Positions 1-8,068 of a DNA stretch of 64,000 nucleotides are shown piece after piece. Location: IMG/VR virus record IMGVR_UViG_3300045988_052780, one strand, 5' to 3'. Numbering within the stretch: the first letter of the stretch is position 1; each line of letters begins with the position of its first letter. This stretch comes from a virus. The notes beneath the pieces are model-generated. The model was not told the DNA's origin, ran no database searches, and saw only the letters and a program-made list of their open reading frames with translations. The translations under genes and the position numbers were made by a program.

Positions 1-1
1 T

Positions 2-1150
2 ACTAACCCTGTATTAGATGGAGCTGATATCAAAATAACTGGATACACCAAACCTTCTACTACTGGAGCTTTAGCGGCCGCTGATAGTGTCAATGGTGCT
101 CTTGGTAAGTTAGAGAAGAAATTGGATGATGAAGTAACTAGCAGAACTAATGCTGTTTCAAATCTTACCAATACAGTAAATAGTAATAAGAGTACTATTG
201 ACAATTATACTATTAACGGTGCTAAAATCTCTACTAACCCTAAAATAACTGTAACAGTAGGAGGATCTGGTAATGCTGTAACTACAGCTTCATTTAGTGG
301 GACTGTGCTGACTCTTACTAAGGGAGCTACGTACAATAACTACTCTCATCCAGCTGGTTCTGGGGCTAGTAAATCTACTGGCTTGTATAAATTTAGTACA
401 GATAGTACTAGTCATATCAGTGGTGTTACAGCAGTAACTAAATCTGATATAACTGCCTTAGGTATTCCTAGCTCTGATACTAATACTACTTACAGTTTCT
501 CAAGTGGAAATGGTGGCTTTACTGTAACTCCTAGTGGAGGTTCCTCACAGACAGTATCAATAGGTAAGCCTTCTACAGCAGGTACAGCAGACAAAGTAGC
601 TAATACATTAACCTTTACTGGTTATCAATCTAAATCGTATAATGGATCTGCTGCTGTAAGTGTAGCTATTCCTAGTAAAGTCAGTGACCTAACTAATGAT
701 AGTGGGTATATTACTAGTTACACAGATACTAAGAATACTGCTGGCTCAACTAACAGTTCGAGTAAATTATATTTAATTGGAGCTACATCCCAAGCTTCTA
801 GTCCTGTTACTTATTCTAATTCAGGAGTATATACACAAAGTGGTGCTGTTTATGCATCTGCTGGGTTCTATGATACTTCAGACATGAGAGTAAAGGATAA
901 CATAGAATCCATAGATGTATCTAAAGCTGATAAAATACGATTAGTAGAATTTGATAGAACAGACAGAGAACATCATGGCTATGGAGTTATAGCTCAAGAA
1001 CTTGAAACCGTATACCCATCAATGGTTAATACCGATGAGAATGGCTTTAAGACAGTTAACTATAGTGAAATATATGCAGTTAAAATAAAGTATCTTGAAG
1101 ATAAAATTGCAGCTTTAGAAGCCGTAGTCGATAAATTAATAAGTAAATAA
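2..1150 (+). CDS. Tail fibre/tailspike protein, 5'-truncated by the window edge, with a C-terminal S74-type intramolecular chaperone (auto-cleaving) domain
   Basis: The reading frame is open from position 2. The ORF-track start at 122 is a TTG inside the frame, so the gene begins upstream of the window. The body is Ser/Thr/Gly-rich and fibrous. The C-terminus (...FYDTSDMRVKDNIESIDVSKADKIRLVEFDRTD...GYGVIAQELETVYPSMV...ENGFKTVNYSEIYAVKIKYLEDKIAALEAV) matches the conserved intramolecular-chaperone module of phage tail fibres and endosialidases, including the Ser...Lys dyad context S-D-M-R-V-K. Confidence 0.8.
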   Translation, partial: TNPVLDGADIKITGYTKPSTTGALAAADSVNGALGKLEKKLDDEVTSRTNAVSNLTNTVNSNKSTIDNYTINGAKISTNPKITVTVGGSGNAVTTASFSGTVLTLTKGATYNNYSHPAGSGASKSTGLYKFSTDSTSHISGVTAVTKSDITALGIPSSDTNTTYSFSSGNGGFTVTPSGGSSQTVSIGKPSTAGTADKVANTLTFTGYQSKSYNGSAAVSVAIPSKVSDLTNDSGYITSYTDTKNTAGSTNSSSKLYLIGATSQASSPVTYSNSGVYTQSGAVYASAGFYDTSDMRVKDNIESIDVSKADKIRLVEFDRTDREHHGYGVIAQELETVYPSMVNTDENGFKTVNYSEIYAVKIKYLEDKIAALEAVVDKLISK

Positions 1151-1152
1151 TT

Positions 1153-2859
1153 ATGGCAAATAAAGTAGCATCTAAACGATGGATTTATTCAAACTTCTCT
1201 GTAGGAAGCTCTAGTAATGAATGTGCTACTAAAACTGAAATTCTGGGATTTGGATTGTATATAACTAATGATTCTAGTTATGCATCTAATCAACTAGTAA
1301 GGGAGGAAGATATTTACCTTCCAGCTTGGACATATTCTTTCTCAGTTTCTAATTGGGATAAAAATGTTGGAGAATCTGGTGGAACTACTTCCTCTATTAG
1401 TATATCTTCAAGCAAATCCAGACTAGGAACAACTGAAAGTGTAGGATGGAGTATAGATTCTTCTACAGTACCTAGCTGGATTACTTGGAATTCGTCAAGT
1501 ATGACGTTTACAGTAGCATCAAATAGTAGTACCTCGTCCAGAACTGCTAATATCTATTTCGAGCAGGATGAATCCGGTAAGAGAGATTACGCTAGAGTTA
1601 CTCAGGCTGGACATACTCAAGTTACTACCTATAATTATGTCTTTTGGACATCAACTAGTGGTGGTACATCAACTAGTGGTTCATTTGGACAATCTGGAAG
1701 TAGTATTCAGCCCCAAATTTATAGCTACAGAGAAACAATAGTAGATGGTACAGTAACTTCACGTGATGCAATAAGTTTTAGCTATACTGACAAACCTAGT
1801 TGGATTACTGGAGAAGCTGTTAGTACAGGTTATAATCCTCCTAACTCCCCTACGTATTATGCTAAAATGACAGCATCAGAGAATACTTCAGTAGATGCTA
1901 GAAGTTATGATGTAGTTATAACTCAGAGTGGTTCTGATAAGGAAATTACTATCTCAGTAAGCCAGCCTGGTAAAGCTAATGAGTACACGTTTGAAATTAG
2001 GAAATCTGATGAGGAATATACTGGTAAAACAAGTATTACATTTGATGTTCCTGCAAGCACTGTTGGTTGGTCTGGAAACTATGCATATAGATCTAGGAAG
2101 AATGGAGAACAATTTGCTAATGTAAGCTTCTCATCTAGTGCGAGCTGGCTTCACGTTGAAAGTAGTGGTGCATACACTGTAGATCATAATACAGGTAGCT
2201 CATCTAGATCCGGTACTATTACATTAACTCAAGCTGAGTCTGGATTAAAATGTTATGTTTATATTAATCAAAGCGGTTATACTCCTACATATACGTTTAA
2301 TGTATCTCCAACAAATTTAAGTGTGACTGCGGCGGAAACTAATGAGACTCTTACAGTGAATTCTTATAAGACTGTACTTGAAAGCGACGGTAGTGAAACT
2401 ACAGAATCTCTAGATTACGAATTCTCGTCAGATGCAAGTTGGGTTAATGCTGCGAGAACTACAACCAACACTACGTATATAACTATAGCAGAAAACTTAA
2501 CAATTGTCAAGAGAAATGCTAAGATTACTTTAACCCAAGCAGAGAGTGGCGCTCAAGCATTTACCAATGTTACCCAAGCTGGGAAAGTACAATCTGATAA
2601 TAAGTTAACTATTACAAGTGTAACTTATGAAGATGCATACCTATTTCCACCAGGAATAACACCAGTTGTAGGTTCTGAAGTATACTTAAAGGTCATACTT
2701 CCGAATACATTTACTTGGAAAACTTCTTCTGGATTGGCTATGAACAGAGGAACAGCTTATGCTGGAGATATATGTAATATTTATGTATTTGAAAATAGTA
2801 GATATAAGTTAGTTAAATCCTTTAAGTTACAAACTGGAAAACAAACTGTTAACATATAA
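1153..2859 (+). CDS. BACON-repeat protein (about four tandem BACON-like domains), probably receptor-binding or glycan-binding and tail-associated
   Basis: There are four repeated ~110-aa units. Each starts with a (P/A)SW(I/L/V)T/H... motif and ends in TQAG/TQSG/TQAESG. Examples are PSWITWNSS...ANIYFEQDESGKRDYARVTQAG, SWITGEAV...YDVVITQSGSD, ASWLHVESSG...GTITLTQAESG and ASWVNAARTT...AKITLTQAESG. This is the hallmark pattern of Bacteroidetes BACON domains. The gene is adjacent to tail-fibre genes. Confidence 0.7.
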   Translation: MANKVASKRWIYSNFSVGSSSNECATKTEILGFGLYITNDSSYASNQLVREEDIYLPAWTYSFSVSNWDKNVGESGGTTSSISISSSKSRLGTTESVGWSIDSSTVPSWITWNSSSMTFTVASNSSTSSRTANIYFEQDESGKRDYARVTQAGHTQVTTYNYVFWTSTSGGTSTSGSFGQSGSSIQPQIYSYRETIVDGTVTSRDAISFSYTDKPSWITGEAVSTGYNPPNSPTYYAKMTASENTSVDARSYDVVITQSGSDKEITISVSQPGKANEYTFEIRKSDEEYTGKTSITFDVPASTVGWSGNYAYRSRKNGEQFANVSFSSSASWLHVESSGAYTVDHNTGSSSRSGTITLTQAESGLKCYVYINQSGYTPTYTFNVSPTNLSVTAAETNETLTVNSYKTVLESDGSETTESLDYEFSSDASWVNAARTTTNTTYITIAENLTIVKRNAKITLTQAESGAQAFTNVTQAGKVQSDNKLTITSVTYEDAYLFPPGITPVVGSEVYLKVILPNTFTWKTSSGLAMNRGTAYAGDICNIYVFENSRYKLVKSFKLQTGKQTVNI

Positions 2860-2883
2860 AGATTAATATAAGTTAGATAAGAG

Positions 2884-2925
2884 TAATAGCGGATTCCTTA
2901 CTTTAGGGGTTCGCTATTATCATTT
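2884..2925 (+). terminator. Candidate hairpin terminator after the BACON gene
   Basis: A perfect 8-bp stem, TAATAGCG (2884-2891) with CGCTATTA (2912-2919), is followed by TCATTT. The loop is long (20 nt), so the call is weak. Confidence 0.3.
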
Positions 2926-2964
2926 ACAGGTATGCAATAAATTTTATGTTAATGAGTGTTAAAT

Positions 2965-3005
2965 AATTAGGATATATCAGATATTTAACGTACCTTTGCA
3001 TTATC
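2965..3005 (+). promoter_or_regulatory. Candidate Bacteroides sigma-A-type promoter with -7 box TACCTTTG at 2991-2998
   Basis: The box gTACCTTTGc matches the Bacteroides -7 consensus TAnnTTTG exactly. It sits about 60 nt upstream of the ATG at 3062. The -33 element is only weakly TTTG-like. Confidence 0.3.
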
Positions 3006-3061
3006 GAATTAGAAAGTATAGTAAGCATCATAGGGATGCTCAACAGATGTAGTATTTAATT

Positions 3062-3958
3062 ATGGCAGAATTTTTAACAATGGCCGAAGCCGAAGATAAG
3101 TTCGGTAAGAAAGGTCGTACTAATGCTGCACTCACACTTGGTATTATCGGAACAGCACTTGGTGCATTCGCAGGTAATAACGGAGGTTGTGGATGTAGTA
3201 ATGGTGGCGGACTGTTAGGTAATCTCTTCGGAGGTAACAACAATTGCTGCGCAATGCAGGCAGCTGAAAATGCTAAGACTTTAGCTATGGCTCAAGGTCA
3301 GCAAGCTGATAACCTATCATGGGCAAATAGAGTGCAGTCGCTACAAGATGATGTAGACCTATATACTTACATTAATAGCAGGGTACTTGCTACTAATGAA
3401 AGAATAGGTAACGAAAGTCAAGTCCTAACAAATCAAATTTGGAAGGGCAGAGTAGAAGATTTACAAGAGAAGAGTGGAATGTATGTTGATTTGATTACTC
3501 GCGATAACGCACAGAATCAAAGACTTTGCGATGAACTCTATAAAAGGAGAGAACAAGATGTGCAGGAGAAAGCTGACCTGTTCGCTAGACTAGGTTCTAG
3601 AATTTCTGAGTTAGAGAAGAAAGAAGCTGCTACAGCCGCTGCTCTTCCTTTAATGTTTGAGCTTAATAAAGTTAATGCTGAGAGATATGCAGACAATTGC
3701 TGCTGCAAGACTGAAAAGGCTATTATGGCTGTAGATGCAGGATTGCAGAGACAACTAGACCACAAGATTGACGGACAGCTGAAATATGCTTATAGTGACT
3801 TGTGTGCTCCGGTTCCAAGCATTGCTCCACTATACTGTAGCCCATTCACAAGTTATGGTACTGGTATGTATGCTGGAACTGCCGCTGCTAACTTTAATGC
3901 TGTAAATACAGCTATTAATACAGTTGCTGACAGATGTCCTTCTTGTACAGCCCAATAA
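3062..3958 (+). CDS. Moron-like hypothetical protein with an N-terminal TM/hydrophobic segment, a Gly/Asn/Cys-rich region, a central coiled coil and a Cys-rich C-terminus
   Basis: The ORF has an ATG start and is GC-richer (~43%) than its flanks. It is bracketed by the candidate promoter at 2991-2998 and the hairpin plus T-run at 3974-4012. Notable segments are AALTLGIIGTALGAFAG, GNNGGCGCSNGGGLLGNLFGGNNNCC and the C-terminal CCCK...CAPVPS...CSPF...CPSC. Confidence 0.6.
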   Translation: MAEFLTMAEAEDKFGKKGRTNAALTLGIIGTALGAFAGNNGGCGCSNGGGLLGNLFGGNNNCCAMQAAENAKTLAMAQGQQADNLSWANRVQSLQDDVDLYTYINSRVLATNERIGNESQVLTNQIWKGRVEDLQEKSGMYVDLITRDNAQNQRLCDELYKRREQDVQEKADLFARLGSRISELEKKEAATAAALPLMFELNKVNAERYADNCCCKTEKAIMAVDAGLQRQLDHKIDGQLKYAYSDLCAPVPSIAPLYCSPFTSYGTGMYAGTAAANFNAVNTAINTVADRCPSCTAQ

Positions 3959-3973
3959 CTTAAGATATCCTAC

Positions 3974-4012
3974 AAGGGAGGCTACGTTAATTCGTGACCT
4001 CCCTTTATTTAT
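3974..4012 (+). terminator. Rho-independent terminator
   Basis: The stem pairs AAGGGAGG (3974-3981) with CCTCCCTT (3998-4005) and has a short loop. It is followed by TATTTATTT. Confidence 0.5.
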
Positions 4013-4076
4013 TTAACCCTTATTTAATTATCGTACGAAAGTTAAAATTACACCAACAGGAGAAAGTGCTCAAGTA

Positions 4077-4487
4077 ATGGAATTTAATGTATCGTTACCA
4101 GGAGGAGCTAATGCATCAGTAGCTCCTGTGTCTACATTAACAGTTACTCAAAGATGGGCAAAGGTCGTTAATGTTTCAACTACTGGAACAGAATACGTAC
4201 AAGTTACCAAATTTGATGTCATTCACAATTTACAGTACACTGATTGTAAAGGAAACGTTAGAGTAGCTACTGAATCTACTTCTACTATTATGGAAACTTC
4301 AGCTACTAGTGAAACTATTACTACATTAGTTCCAACAGTAACTAAAGTAATAGATGTTATTATACCTAATGGAGTTAGTATTATTAATCAGCAGATTTTG
4401 GATGAACTGCCAACTTCTCTTCCAGTTAAGGAACATTGTGCATATTCAGTATTCGATGTTAGAATAACACCAACTCCTGCACCATAA
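4077..4487 (+). CDS. Hypothetical virion-module protein
   Basis: ATG ORF of 136 aa, co-oriented in the tail-fibre region. No recognisable motif. Confidence 0.45.
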   Translation: MEFNVSLPGGANASVAPVSTLTVTQRWAKVVNVSTTGTEYVQVTKFDVIHNLQYTDCKGNVRVATESTSTIMETSATSETITTLVPTVTKVIDVIIPNGVSIINQQILDELPTSLPVKEHCAYSVFDVRITPTPAP

Positions 4488-4499
4488 AACTAGTGATTT

Positions 4500-4940
4500 A
4501 TGTTTGGACAACCATTCGGTAGCAATTATGCCGATTTACAGAACCAATACATGCAACAATTACAAGCTATGCAACAAGCACAGCAAGCACAACAGAAGAC
4601 CCAGCCTATCTTAGATGAAATAAACAGAGAGGTTGGGTCTCTGTCTTTAGACGAACAGAAAGTTCTAGCAACTATGCAAGAATACCAAATGGCTAAAAGT
4701 ACTTACGAAGCAGGGTTCATGGCATTTCTAGGTAATAAATTTAGTCAAGAATATGTTGCATCTCCAGATGGTAAAATAGCTGCTGATAACTTATTAGCTA
4801 CTATTAGAAAGAGCAAAGAGCATATACATGCTCAGCTTAAAGCTAAGGAAGATAAAGTAAATACATTATTAGAACTAGTTGAACAAGATCCTGAAATTAA
4901 GAAGAGATTAGACGAAGTAATGTTAAATAAGAATAAGTAA
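4500..4940 (+). CDS. Hypothetical Gln-rich coiled-coil protein
   Basis: ATG ORF of 146 aa. The N-terminus has a QQLQAMQQAQQAQQ repeat, and the stop and start are tightly packed with the next gene. Confidence 0.45.
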   Translation: MFGQPFGSNYADLQNQYMQQLQAMQQAQQAQQKTQPILDEINREVGSLSLDEQKVLATMQEYQMAKSTYEAGFMAFLGNKFSQEYVASPDGKIAADNLLATIRKSKEHIHAQLKAKEDKVNTLLELVEQDPEIKKRLDEVMLNKNK

Positions 4941-5272
4941 TGAGTGATAAAGAAATTTTATTTCAGGCATTTAACAAGTATGCTAAAGATTTAGCTTCTA
5001 ATTTATTTCATTTAAACAGTGTAGCTAGTCAAGCGGTAATTACGTATGTAGTTAAGAATATGGAAGATAAATATGGTAAATATTTAGAGATATTTACTGA
5101 TGTAAACGGCAATATTAATGTAGATTTGTTAGGTAACGCAGCTAAAGCAGAAATGAAAGATAAATACCCAGATGGATACGTTACTAATATATTTGGTAAG
5201 CCAGTTAAGTTTAATGATGAGGATATAACTCAATTACTTAATCTATTTAAACAATTTAAACAAAATAAATAA
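4940..5272 (+). CDS. Hypothetical protein
   Basis: The ATG overlaps the upstream stop (TAATG). 110 aa. Confidence 0.45.
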   Translation: MSDKEILFQAFNKYAKDLASNLFHLNSVASQAVITYVVKNMEDKYGKYLEIFTDVNGNINVDLLGNAAKAEMKDKYPDGYVTNIFGKPVKFNDEDITQLLNLFKQFKQNK

Positions 5273-5286
5273 ATCTAATTCGAGCC

Positions 5287-5739
5287 ATGATTAAATTACA
5301 ATTAAAGCGCATATTCAAAGGAAGTACTTATACAATAGGTAAATTATATGTAAATGGAGAGTACTTCTGTGATACTTTAGAAGATACTGATAGAGGATTA
5401 ACATCTGAAATGCCTATTAGTAAAATAAAAGATATTAAAATATATGGTAAGACTGCAATCCCTACCGGAACATACAAGATAGTTATGAATGTGGTAAGCG
5501 AAACATTTAAGAACAGATCTTGGGCTAAGCCTTATGGAGGTAAACTTCCTAGATTAGTAAATGTTCCTGGTTATGAAGGAGTTCTTATTCATGTAGGTAA
5601 TACTGCTGACGATACATCTGGATGCTTATTAGTTGGAAGAAATAAAGTTGTTGGAAAGGTTACTGAAAGCACTGCTACGTTTGTGGAATTAATGAACATA
5701 TTAAGAGATGATTCTAATATAGAGATAACAATAGAGTAA
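5287..5739 (+). CDS. Hypothetical protein with a weak YkuD-like H...SGC motif; function uncertain
   Basis: ATG ORF of 150 aa. The segment GYEGVLIHVGNTADDTSGCLLVGRN loosely recalls the His...(S)HGC(I/V)R catalytic signature of L,D-transpeptidase (YkuD) folds. The match is only partial. Confidence 0.4.
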   Translation: MIKLQLKRIFKGSTYTIGKLYVNGEYFCDTLEDTDRGLTSEMPISKIKDIKIYGKTAIPTGTYKIVMNVVSETFKNRSWAKPYGGKLPRLVNVPGYEGVLIHVGNTADDTSGCLLVGRNKVVGKVTESTATFVELMNILRDDSNIEITIE

Positions 5740-5741
5740 AT

Positions 5742-7955
5742 ATGGAAACTTTGTTTGGAAGGACTTATGATCATATAGGAAGTACCGATTCCGATTTTAT
5801 TATTAAAACTAGAGGCCAAGTTAAGATCCAATGGGGTAAAGTGTTTATTGATCTTATAAAAGATGGAAAGATAAACGTCAACTCTGATATATTTAATATA
5901 GTAGATACTGTAAGTGACGTAAAAGGGGCTGATGGAATTTACTATGTAAAAGAAGATGGCTCAGTTTACATTCTCATTGACGGCAATGTAATAAATATTG
6001 CTGGGGAATTAGGAACTACTTATGTTTCTTTTAAGGGACCTCAAGAGACTACTGGAGACGAGAAGTATACAGCCTTAGCAAATATAGGATTCATATATAA
6101 GACCTTAAAAGAGGCACAAGATTCAGGTATTCCTAATAGTATGTTGTATGTAGAAGAAACTGGGTTGTTATATTATATAAGGAATGGAGAGCTAATAGAA
6201 TTTACTACTAGTATTCCTAATCCATATACTGAACAATTTGTAGTTAGTAAGGTAGATCAATCTTCTGAAGGAGCTATAGTCGTACAAGGGTCAGGTAAAG
6301 AGAATAGCCTAATTGTAGGTAATATGTATCTTTACCAGAATGAACAAAGATCTATAATTTATAGTCCTAATAATATAGTTTTAAATGCCGGAAATACTGA
6401 TATAGTAGAAGTAACACCCCAAGAAATGAAAGTTAACTATCCTGCTAATTTTAAGAGGGAAGTTACTTCTAACATGTTTATGTCTCCTGGAGCTACTGAG
6501 AAACTTGGATTTAGACTTTACTTAGAAAGAGGTGAGTCTACCCTAGAGGTTGATAATATAGTAGTTAGGAAGGGAATTCCTGGATATATAGAAACTACTC
6601 ATAAGGAATTATTACAGTTAATAGAAGATAGGGGTTTAGGACTTTTACAGAAATACTGTATTATGGATTTCCAGAACGAATGGGAGTTAACTACCGAAGA
6701 TGATACAATTGAAAATGAGGGTGAAGTAGAGGATGAAGATTCTGACGATTCTAAGGAATCAACTGAGGCATATAATACAAGACCGATAATAGTTACAGCC
6801 GCAGGACCTAACAGCATTACTAGGACTGGTTATTTCAGAGATAAGCCCGAATGGATTATAGAGTACGATATTAACTATCAAGATAGAATATTAGTTCCTA
6901 CTATGGATGAGAACGGAGCTATAACAAGGACTCCAGTAGAAGCTAAGGGAAGAATTACCAAACTTACAGATGAAAACGGAAATAGCTGTAATTATGATTT
7001 TAAACATCTGACATTCTTAATAAATGATAATCTATATTATACTTTCGGAGGAACTACTGATTTAAGTTCTACAGATTCATTTAAGAATGTTAGATTAAAT
7101 TTAACTAATCCAGCTAGATATGGTAATAATGGTATTGATTCTATAAGCGTAAATAAAGGTAATAATATAGTTCTTAGCGGAACTTATAATAATGTACAGT
7201 TAGGTACTATAAACAATTCATTTACTTTCGATGGTACTATGAGCAATGTCAAAGTTATAGGATCATTATCTAATGTAATATTTGATAAGAATTCTGGATC
7301 TACAGTGGTTAATAATTGCATGATAGACAACCTATCAGAAATTACATTCAGAGGTCCTATAGAGTATTGTACATTTCATAATACATTATCTGGATATGAT
7401 TTTACTAAGGAGAAATATCCATTACTATATGACAGCTCTAAAGTTAAGGATATATATTTAAACAACTCTAAAGTAAACATAATCTGTATTCCGGATATAG
7501 TATTCCCGGGAATGATAGTAATGTATAATGGGCAGGCTCCTATACCAACTGGCTGGCATATCTGCGATGGAACTGGAGGTACTCCCAATTTAGTAGGAAG
7601 CTTTATTAAGGCTGGCATATCTGCTGGAGAAACTGGAGGTAAGGAAGAGATTGAACTAAAGATAGAGAATCTGCCTCCACATACTCATAAGTTCTCACAA
7701 TCTTCAGTAACAACCTCTGAAAGTGGGGAACATTCTCACATATATAGAGCACCAGTACCAGGTGATAGTGATAATGCTAACGATAGAACAGTACAAAGAG
7801 GTTCTACAGACGCATTAACTTCTCCAGCCGGAAATCATACACACACAATAGACTTATCTTCAGCTGCGCTTGAGGAAGTAGGAGAGGGAGTTCCATTAAA
7901 ATGGGAACCAAAGTATTATTCGTTAATATTTATTATGAAAGTAGATGCTATGTAA
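5742..7955 (+). CDS. Tail fibre protein with a C-terminal phage tail-collar domain
   Basis: The C-terminal segment IVMYNGQAPIPTGWHICDGTGGTPNLVGSFIKAGISAGETGGKEEIELKIENLPPHTHKF matches the tail-collar fibre domain signature (aPaGWllCDGtg..P.L....F.......G...LP.H.H). The body is a long beta-rich fibre with an acidic linker EDDTIENEGEVEDEDSDDSKE. Confidence 0.75.
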   Translation: METLFGRTYDHIGSTDSDFIIKTRGQVKIQWGKVFIDLIKDGKINVNSDIFNIVDTVSDVKGADGIYYVKEDGSVYILIDGNVINIAGELGTTYVSFKGPQETTGDEKYTALANIGFIYKTLKEAQDSGIPNSMLYVEETGLLYYIRNGELIEFTTSIPNPYTEQFVVSKVDQSSEGAIVVQGSGKENSLIVGNMYLYQNEQRSIIYSPNNIVLNAGNTDIVEVTPQEMKVNYPANFKREVTSNMFMSPGATEKLGFRLYLERGESTLEVDNIVVRKGIPGYIETTHKELLQLIEDRGLGLLQKYCIMDFQNEWELTTEDDTIENEGEVEDEDSDDSKESTEAYNTRPIIVTAAGPNSITRTGYFRDKPEWIIEYDINYQDRILVPTMDENGAITRTPVEAKGRITKLTDENGNSCNYDFKHLTFLINDNLYYTFGGTTDLSSTDSFKNVRLNLTNPARYGNNGIDSISVNKGNNIVLSGTYNNVQLGTINNSFTFDGTMSNVKVIGSLSNVIFDKNSGSTVVNNCMIDNLSEITFRGPIEYCTFHNTLSGYDFTKEKYPLLYDSSKVKDIYLNNSKVNIICIPDIVFPGMIVMYNGQAPIPTGWHICDGTGGTPNLVGSFIKAGISAGETGGKEEIELKIENLPPHTHKFSQSSVTTSESGEHSHIYRAPVPGDSDNANDRTVQRGSTDALTSPAGNHTHTIDLSSAALEEVGEGVPLKWEPKYYSLIFIMKVDAM

Positions 7956-8011
7956 TATATATTACAAATAAAAGTATGCAATAAGTTAGTAATTAAGATA
8001 AATTACCAATC

Positions 8012-8050
8012 AGTTTTAAGGTTCAAAATTTATGCTTAAATTTGCAAATA
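8012..8050 (+). promoter_or_regulatory. Candidate Bacteroides-type promoter with -7 box TAAATTTG at 8037-8044
   Basis: The box cTTAAATTTGcaaa matches TAnnTTTG exactly, about 25 nt upstream of the ATG at 8069. It lies in the 113-bp intergenic gap after the tail-fibre gene. Confidence 0.3.
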
Positions 8051-8068
8051 ACTTTAAAGGGAATTAAT

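Noticed and set aside
122-124. ORF-track start codons at TTG 122, TTG 8042, GTG 14898, TTG 55529, TTG 63980 and ATG 60813
   Set aside because: The frames continue open upstream, or there are better ATG starts a few codons downstream with TAATG or ATGA coupling. These are artefacts of longest-ORF calling, so the starts were adjusted or the genes marked as partial.
2884-2925. Possible tRNA, from the GGGGTTCGCTATT T-loop-like string in the 2860-3061 intergenic region
   Set aside because: GTTCGCT does not match the GTTCRANYC T-loop consensus. No acceptor stem or anticodon arm can be drawn, and the element is better read as an 8-bp hairpin. No other intergenic region is long enough for a tRNA apart from the intron.
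3040-3243. Short antisense or overlapping ORFs inside large genes, for example 3040-3243(-), 17752-18258(-), 57082-57663(-), 26561-26809(-) and 61491-61709(+)
   Set aside because: They lie entirely within longer, coherent ORFs on the opposite strand. Their products are low-complexity Ser/Leu/Ile-rich, as expected for antisense frames of AT-rich coding DNA or GC-rich stretches. None has start-context or motif support.
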